Shown: in pieces, positions 61,657 through 64,000 of the stretch
Layout: each line of letters begins with the position of its first letter
How positions within the stretch are numbered: position 1 is the first letter of the stretch
Assembly (NCBI GenBank): GCA_938005475.1
Contig: CALLNY010000022.1
Coordinates: forward strand, 2,437 to 66,436
Source: an uncultured Bacteroidia bacterium
Lineage (GTDB): Bacteria; Bacteroidota; Bacteroidia; J057; CALLMJ01
Length of the DNA: 64,000 nt
Direction: 5' to 3'
The notes under the pieces: model-generated
Databases searched by the model: none
Told to the model about the DNA's origin: nothing
Seen by the model: the letters and a program-made list of their open reading frames with translations, nothing else
Program-made: the position numbers and the translations under genes

Positions 61657-62484
61657 ATGGCACTGTTTAATTTTTTTTCGTCAAAGTCTACCGGTAATAC
61701 TTCCACTTTAGGAAGTCAGATAGTTGTTTTTGATTTAGATAGTTTAGAATCAAAAAATGTGAATTGGTCTTTTTTAGAATCATTTGAAAATCCTGAACTG
61801 TGGATTTTTACCTCTAACAAAGAAAGTCAGAAACTAAAAGAACTTGAGGAAAAGTATTTAGCAAAGATTTATAGTTTACCAGAGGATAGTAGGCAATCAC
61901 CTTTTTGGGTTTTGGGAGTTGTGATGTTAGAAATGCAAAGCCTTAAAGAACTTAAAAAGCTAACGTTTGTAGCAACCTTACCCTATTATCAAGCAATTTG
62001 TGATTACCTAAAACAAAGAAATATTCCAGTGGAATTTTTACAGATAGAGGGCACTATCAATAAGTTATCAATAACTACTAAAACCAAACAATCTGTATCT
62101 TCAAAGGTAAATAAATCAGAAGATAAAGAAAAAGCTGAAAAAAAATCAAAGAAATATACTAAAAAATTTAAACTTCCTAAAATAAAGTCTTTGAATCAGG
62201 AAGAATTACAAAAAATATGTGATGCTTTTCAAGAACATTTTGAAATAGAAGGAATCTATGAAAAGAAAGCGCTCGGCGAAATTGTAAAAATTGCTACTGG
62301 AAAAACGGTACAAAAGGTATTTCATACTAGAAACGCTAAATTATATGTAGGCTGTTTATATCATCATGGAATTATTCATAATGAAAATGAAAATGATTTT
62401 AAACTTTTAAAATATCCTACGGTTGATATTTTTCCGAAAGAAGTGAAAGTTTTTAGAAAAAAATATCATAAAAAAAAGGGTTAA
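61657..62484 (+). CDS. Hypothetical protein (possible degenerate NYN/PIN-like domain + LOTUS-like winged helix)
   Basis: 275-aa ORF within an operon; alpha/beta N-domain, Lys-rich linker, helical C-domain. The domain call is tentative. Confidence 0.6.
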   Translation: MALFNFFSSKSTGNTSTLGSQIVVFDLDSLESKNVNWSFLESFENPELWIFTSNKESQKLKELEEKYLAKIYSLPEDSRQSPFWVLGVVMLEMQSLKELKKLTFVATLPYYQAICDYLKQRNIPVEFLQIEGTINKLSITTKTKQSVSSKVNKSEDKEKAEKKSKKYTKKFKLPKIKSLNQEELQKICDAFQEHFEIEGIYEKKALGEIVKIATGKTVQKVFHTRNAKLYVGCLYHHGIIHNENENDFKLLKYPTVDIFPKEVKVFRKKYHKKKG

Positions 62485-62513
62485 TGAAGAAATTTTATTT
62501 AAGTATGTAGAAT

Positions 62514-63497
62514 TTGGTTCTAATTTTTATGGTCATGGAAGTAGTATTAATTGGAGTAGCAATTATTGCTTTTATAGTTTTTATTTATTTTGTTCCAGTT
62601 GGAGTATATATAAATGCATTATCTTCTGGCGTATATGTAGGAATTGGACAATTGATTGGGATGCGTCTGCGTCAAGTACCACCTTCATTGATTGTCAATA
62701 ATTTAATTAAAGCAACCAAAGCAGGTTTGAAATTGTCATTAGCGGAGTTAGAAACTCATTATTTAGCAAAGGGAAATGTAAATGCAGTTGTAAATGCTTT
62801 AATATCAGCAGATAAAGCGAATATTAATCTTACATTTAAGTTAGCGGCGGCAATAGACCTTGCGGGAAGAGATGTTTATACTGCAGTACATGATTCTGTT
62901 AACCCTAAAGTTGTTGACTCACCACCAGTTACAGCTGTTGCCAAAGATGGCATTCAATTAGTAGTGAATAGTCGTGTTACTTTAAAAGCTGATATACATC
63001 GTTTGGTGGGAGGTGCAGGTGTAGAAACCATACTCGCAAGAATTGGAGAAGCCATTGTTTCAACGATAGGCTCATCAGAATCACACAAAAGCGTACTAGA
63101 AAATCCTGACTCTATTTCTAAGCAGGTGTTGTCAAGAGGTTTAGACAGTAATACTGCATATACTTTACTTTCCATTGATATCGCGGATATTGATGTAGGT
63201 GAAAATATTGGTGCTAAGTTATCAGCAGACCAGGCGGAGGCGGATTTACAGGTAGCAAGAGCAAAAGCCGAAGAAAGAAGGGCTATGGCAGTTGCATTAG
63301 AACAAGAATATATCGCTAAAATTCAAGAAATGAAAGCCAAACTAATTGAAGCAGAGGCTCAAATTCCACTCGCTATTGCGGATGCGCTCAGAGCAGGTAA
63401 TATAGGTTATTTTGATTACCTTAAAATGAAAAATATACAAGCGGATACTAAAATGCGTGAATCGTTAATAGATATTCCAAGCAACGAGAATACCTGA
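62514..63497 (+). CDS. floA: Flotillin-like protein FloA (YqfA/UPF0365)
   Basis: [61 protein letters not shown]; start may be ATG 62529 or 62535. Confidence 0.92.
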   Translation: MVLIFMVMEVVLIGVAIIAFIVFIYFVPVGVYINALSSGVYVGIGQLIGMRLRQVPPSLIVNNLIKATKAGLKLSLAELETHYLAKGNVNAVVNALISADKANINLTFKLAAAIDLAGRDVYTAVHDSVNPKVVDSPPVTAVAKDGIQLVVNSRVTLKADIHRLVGGAGVETILARIGEAIVSTIGSSESHKSVLENPDSISKQVLSRGLDSNTAYTLLSIDIADIDVGENIGAKLSADQAEADLQVARAKAEERRAMAVALEQEYIAKIQEMKAKLIEAEAQIPLAIADALRAGNIGYFDYLKMKNIQADTKMRESLIDIPSNENT

Positions 63498-63501
63498 TTA
63501 C

Positions 63502-64000
63502 ATGAATAAGGGGTTATTCTTAGATAGAGATGGTGTTATTAATGAAGAAGTGGGTTACGTTACATCGCTCGATAAATTTTGCTTTAAGCCTGGGATCGTA
63601 GAACTCATTTCAATGGCGAATTGGTTGGATTATAAGGTCATTGTAATAACTAACCAAGGGGGAATCTCTAAAGGATTGTACTCCCATAAACAATTACAAA
63701 TCATTCATGAATTTATGTTAAATCGCTTGATAGTTTTTGATGCAAAAATAGACCAGATATATTATTGTCCCCATCATCCCGACCAGAGCCGTTGTCTATG
63801 TAGAAAGCCTGGCAAACTTCTTTTTGAGAGAGCCATTCATCAATTTAATATAGACCCCAAACTATCCTTTATGCTTGGTGATAAACAACATGATTTAACT
63901 CCAGCCAAATTGTTAGGGATTACTACGGTACTGGTTGGAGTTCAGGACCCTATTTACGCTGCGGATTATTATTTTCCTGAAATCTCTGATGTTTTAAGTA
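63502..64000 (+). CDS. gmhB: D-glycero-D-manno-heptose 1,7-bisphosphate phosphatase / HAD IIIA (3'-truncated by window edge); not in the ORF track
   Basis: MNKGVILDRDGVIN, ITNQGGISKG, YYCPHHP, CLCRKPG, MLGDK..D. Confidence 0.88.
   Translation, partial: MNKGLFLDRDGVINEEVGYVTSLDKFCFKPGIVELISMANWLDYKVIVITNQGGISKGLYSHKQLQIIHEFMLNRLIVFDAKIDQIYYCPHHPDQSRCLCRKPGKLLFERAIHQFNIDPKLSFMLGDKQHDLTPAKLLGITTVLVGVQDPIYAADYYFPEISDVLS

Overview
AT-rich chromosomal segment of a Bacteroidota bacterium. The assignment rests on TAnnTTTG -7 promoter motifs, T9SS C-terminal-domain cargo proteins, gldF/gldG and fused secDF. Most of the window is housekeeping: guaB, frr, mnmE, secDF, nadD, folP, hemN, rsmD, clpB, rbfA, aroC, fabD, dnaA, bshA, queF, floA, gmhB and two tRNA-Arg genes. 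No CRISPR array, prophage, integrase or transposase was seen. Main points of interest: (1) a 108-codon leader ORF between tRNA-Arg(ACG) and secDF with a hydrophobic N-terminus and a C-terminal NAPP motif, a candidate translation-arrest monitor of protein export; (2) a partner-switching cluster with no sigma factor, made of a membrane GAF-PP2C, a STAS protein, an RsbW-like kinase and two tandem multi-PAS PP2C paralogs that carry cysteine-less LOV-like and Aer/NifL-like PAS domains and share a perfect 115-bp 3' end; (3) a tRNA-Arg(UCG) that differs from the tRNA-Arg(ACG) at only 4 positions; (4) GTAG-type REP doublets; (5) two unannotated pseudogenes (GT4 glycosyltransferase, CHAT caspase-like domain); (6) DnaA boxes upstream of dnaA. 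All protein calls come from motif recognition by eye; no database searches were run.
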